37,570 bases of DNA from positions 1 through 37,570 of the forward strand of contig CAYFGD010000002.1 in NCBI GenBank assembly GCA_964342715.1. Reading direction: 5' to 3'. The notes below the pieces were generated by a model that searched no databases, was not told the DNA's origin, and worked only from the letters and a program-made list of their open reading frames with translations. Position 1 is the first letter of the stretch. Every line of letters begins with the position of its first letter. Below are positions 35,019 to 37,570 of the stretch, piece by piece. Made by a program: the position numbers and the translations under genes. Source of the DNA: an uncultured Candidatus Poseidoniales archaeon (lineage in GTDB: Archaea; Thermoplasmatota; Poseidoniia; Poseidoniales; Thalassarchaeaceae).

Positions 35019-37570
35019 TCAAACCAGTTCGATGTCGTCATCCTCGTATGCGTCGTCTTCTTCCTCTTCTATGGACACCACTGGAGCAGGTAAATCGTCG
35101 TCTTCTTCGTCTTCCAAATCATCATCTGAATCACTGGAAATTGCATCTAAATACGCCATATGCGCCTTCCACCTTCTTCTGTTCATGGCCCCCTGGATGC
35201 CTGCTATCAGTAGCATTGCTGCAACTATCCCCACGATGTAAGTTGAAAGTCGGGGGTGTGTAATCTCGTTCACGAGCCTGTCGATGAGTGAAGATATGCC
35301 CACCCTCATTACGACAGTCTTCTCAGCCGTAGCATCATCAGGCCAGCTCTGCTGCGTGTCGAATGGTGTTGCTGTAACCAAAACTTCTGCCGTCTCTCCA
35401 TTGTTTGCAGACTCGGGCACGTTGACGTCTAGAACGAATGTGACTTCCTCAAAGGCGCCCAGCACTATCAGAACGGAATTCGATGGGCCATCGATGTCAA
35501 CAGACCATCCAGCACCGTCAACCTCGGCCTCAAGTAGAACCGTCAAAGGGCTATTTCCTAAATTCTTGACCTTCATCTGGATTGGATAGGATTCCCCTGG
35601 GACTAGTAGCCTATTGGGAGTTACTTGTACGATTTCCAAATTAGGGTCATCTGGATCCACCTCAAACACCATTGGCAAGTCAAAGTAGTCGGCGTCGTCA
35701 TCGGTAGTGTCCTCAATTATTCTGAGGTAAACAGTGTGATTTCCGAACTCTACCTGATTTGTCAGAATAATGGTCACGAAAACCTCGGTTTCATCCCCCG
35801 GAGCAAGGGAAACCCTAGGGACAGCATTGCCAGATGAGTCCTCTATCCTGAATTGCCACTGCCCGTACGCAGCGTTTCTGTCAGTGTTCTCATCCAATGA
35901 TGCCGGGTTCTGGATCCTCCACCATGTAGCCGATTCGCCGGATGTCATAGTATTGGTAATCTTGGCCCTCAGAGAGACTTCTGCATTTCCTGTTCCTGGA
36001 GAGCATAGAGAAACCCTGATGTGACCAAGGGGCGACCCATCGCAGTCATAGGAAACTTCAGCCCTAATCCCGAATGTACGTTGGATTGTGAATAGTACGG
36101 TGGACCTCAGAGATGCGTTTCCGGAGCTTACCACCTCTATCTCGACAGTGCCGATGTCAGGGTCCTCTCTATCTGCGGATGGCTTGATCATCAACCTGAG
36201 CGTTTGTGTGTCGTGCCTATCCAAAAGGGCCGTGTGGAAAGTGCCGTCACCTTCATCCTCCAGGATTCGCTGACCGGTGTCATTGTCGTATACATGAATG
36301 ATGGCCTTCGATCTTTGAAGGACGTCTATCCTGAAAGTGTCAGCGTCGAAACCAGTGTTGAAAATCTCAAGAAGGAATGGTGTGAATTCCATATGGTCTA
36401 CATACCTCGGAATGCTTGAGTCTATGTCATCGGGACGTGACGAGTTTGCAATTGGTACGTCGTGATCCTCAGACCACACGGAAACCTGCGGGGGCTGGTA
36501 AACGTCAATCTTCTCCAAATCAATCTGAAGAGTGTCCTGGTGAACAACGGTGAGGACCCCATCGACTTCTGCTTCCGCTACAGCCCTGATGTCTATCGAC
36601 CCAGGGGCACCTGTCAGATCCTCAGGTGCGGTAAGAGTGAGTATTGGATTCAGAATATCTCCTCCGGCATTAAGTGTATAACCGACTGGTGAGTCGAATT
36701 CTAGCAACCACGAGCTTGGGAAGTTTGTGAGGACCTCTAACTCCACCTCCATTGACTTCGTCGAGTCCCCTCTATGCACCAATTGCAGAGGAACAGGTGT
36801 TGTTTGCCCAGGGGCTATGTACTCTGTAGTGCGGTCCAGCCTATGATTCAATGCGACTCCCCACTGCTCCATTGTAACGGGTTCGTGCTCGATGATGACA
36901 CTGTTGCCTTGGATATCTGAAACCTCGAGTTCGACTGAATACTCACCGGATGGGATGCCGCTTGGATATGACCAAAGGTACTCTCCGAAGATTCCCTGGC
37001 TTGTGTCCTCGATTTCCTCGTCATCCTCGTCGATGACATGGTCTATTCTGTACACCCCGTCGGGATCACGCATCAACAGCCTAACAGAGTCAACGTCATA
37101 CCTGCCAAAACTACTCTTGACGTCGAATGAGAACTGCATCACTCTCTCTGACAAGATGTCATTTGGGAACCACTCCAACTCCGGACCCTCTGCAAGCTCT
37201 GCTCCTTCTCTTTGCAAGAGTACAAGACTGTTGGATATTGCATTCGCCTCAATCTCAAGTGTACTGAATCTGTCATCGCCGTCTATCTCATTCCAAGCTA
37301 CCTCAGCCTCACAGCTGGAGCCGAACGGGCTTCCACTACTTTCACAGCCCGACATGTCGGCATCGACGAGTAGCTCAAGGCGTTCGTTCTTGTCGATAGT
37401 GAATCTCTGGTCGTTTCCTAGATCTATTTCGAAGGTCTCGTGATCGAAACTGCAGCTCTGGGTGAGGCCAGGGTTGCATGCATCGGTGCTCCACGAGACC
37501 GATCCGACGGTCGTTGACGAAGCCTTGAGAGTAATTGTCCACTCCACCGAAGAAGTGTCAGGACCAGTGG
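35019..37570 (-). CDS. Large surface protein (5' end outside the window): NxGN/CARDB-NEW3-like beta-sandwich modules, C-terminal TM, poly-acidic cytoplasmic tail
   Basis: The reading frame stays open from 37547 to the window edge, so the listed start is not real. Modules carry KVKNLGNSPLTVLLEAEVDGAGWSV and EIFNTGFDADTFRIDV. The TM helix is YIVGIVAAMLLIAGIQGAM (35184-35240). The tail is NRRRWKAH...DDDLEDEEDDD...EEEEDDAYEDDDIELV. It is co-directional with the giant gene and lies about 80 nt upstream of it. Confidence 0.8.
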   Translation of the reverse strand, partial: TGPDTSSVEWTITLKASSTTVGSVSWSTDACNPGLTQSCSFDHETFEIDLGNDQRFTIDKNERLELLVDADMSGCESSGSPFGSSCEAEVAWNEIDGDDRFSTLEIEANAISNSLVLLQREGAELAEGPELEWFPNDILSERVMQFSFDVKSSFGRYDVDSVRLLMRDPDGVYRIDHVIDEDDEEIEDTSQGIFGEYLWSYPSGIPSGEYSVELEVSDIQGNSVIIEHEPVTMEQWGVALNHRLDRTTEYIAPGQTTPVPLQLVHRGDSTKSMEVELEVLTNFPSSWLLEFDSPVGYTLNAGGDILNPILTLTAPEDLTGAPGSIDIRAVAEAEVDGVLTVVHQDTLQIDLEKIDVYQPPQVSVWSEDHDVPIANSSRPDDIDSSIPRYVDHMEFTPFLLEIFNTGFDADTFRIDVLQRSKAIIHVYDNDTGQRILEDEGDGTFHTALLDRHDTQTLRLMIKPSADREDPDIGTVEIEVVSSGNASLRSTVLFTIQRTFGIRAEVSYDCDGSPLGHIRVSLCSPGTGNAEVSLRAKITNTMTSGESATWWRIQNPASLDENTDRNAAYGQWQFRIEDSSGNAVPRVSLAPGDETEVFVTIILTNQVEFGNHTVYLRIIEDTTDDDADYFDLPMVFEVDPDDPNLEIVQVTPNRLLVPGESYPIQMKVKNLGNSPLTVLLEAEVDGAGWSVDIDGPSNSVLIVLGAFEEVTFVLDVNVPESANNGETAEVLVTATPFDTQQSWPDDATAEKTVVMRVGISSLIDRLVNEITHPRLSTYIVGIVAAMLLIAGIQGAMNRRRWKAHMAYLDAISSDSDDDLEDEEDDDLPAPVVSIEEEEDDAYEDDDIELV

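Overview
This is a tightly packed archaeal chromosomal segment. The archaeal call rests on markers read from the translations: RNA polymerase subunit E' (Rpo7), Spt4, ribosomal proteins S24e and S27ae, archaeal-type D-aminoacyl-tRNA deacylase (DTD2) and an XPD-type Fe-S helicase. The acidic proteins, compact gene spacing and giant calcium-binding surface proteins suggest a marine planktonic euryarchaeon (MGII/Poseidoniales-like), but that is inference only. I call 24 protein genes and 2 tRNAs: tRNA-Thr(GGU), cut by the window edge, and tRNA-Ser(GGA). Housekeeping genes include an S8 protease, proline dehydrogenase, dtdA, the rpoE'-spt4-rps24e-rps27ae operon, purC, gdhA, an HD phosphohydrolase and XPD. 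About 46% of the window encodes three giant type-I-anchored surface proteins: 8668-14310, 25982-34936 and the 5'-truncated 35019-37570. I saw no CRISPR array, integrase, transposase or rRNA. The best novelty candidates are: (1) a ~2980-aa protein with a TSP3-like Ca-binding array, a TgpA-like transglutaminase module whose catalytic His and Asp appear substituted, a long Ig-like module array, one TM helix and a DUF4129-like cytoplasmic tail, sitting just downstream of another large surface protein. (2) An atypical polar-amino-acid ABC transporter locus, in which the permease is fused to a Ycf48/BNR-like beta-propeller and carries extra TM insertions, and the divergent binding protein looks circularly permuted and C-terminally anchored. 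rps27ae is a real gene below the ORF-track length cut-off. All family assignments come from motif recognition by eye and none has been checked by a database search.
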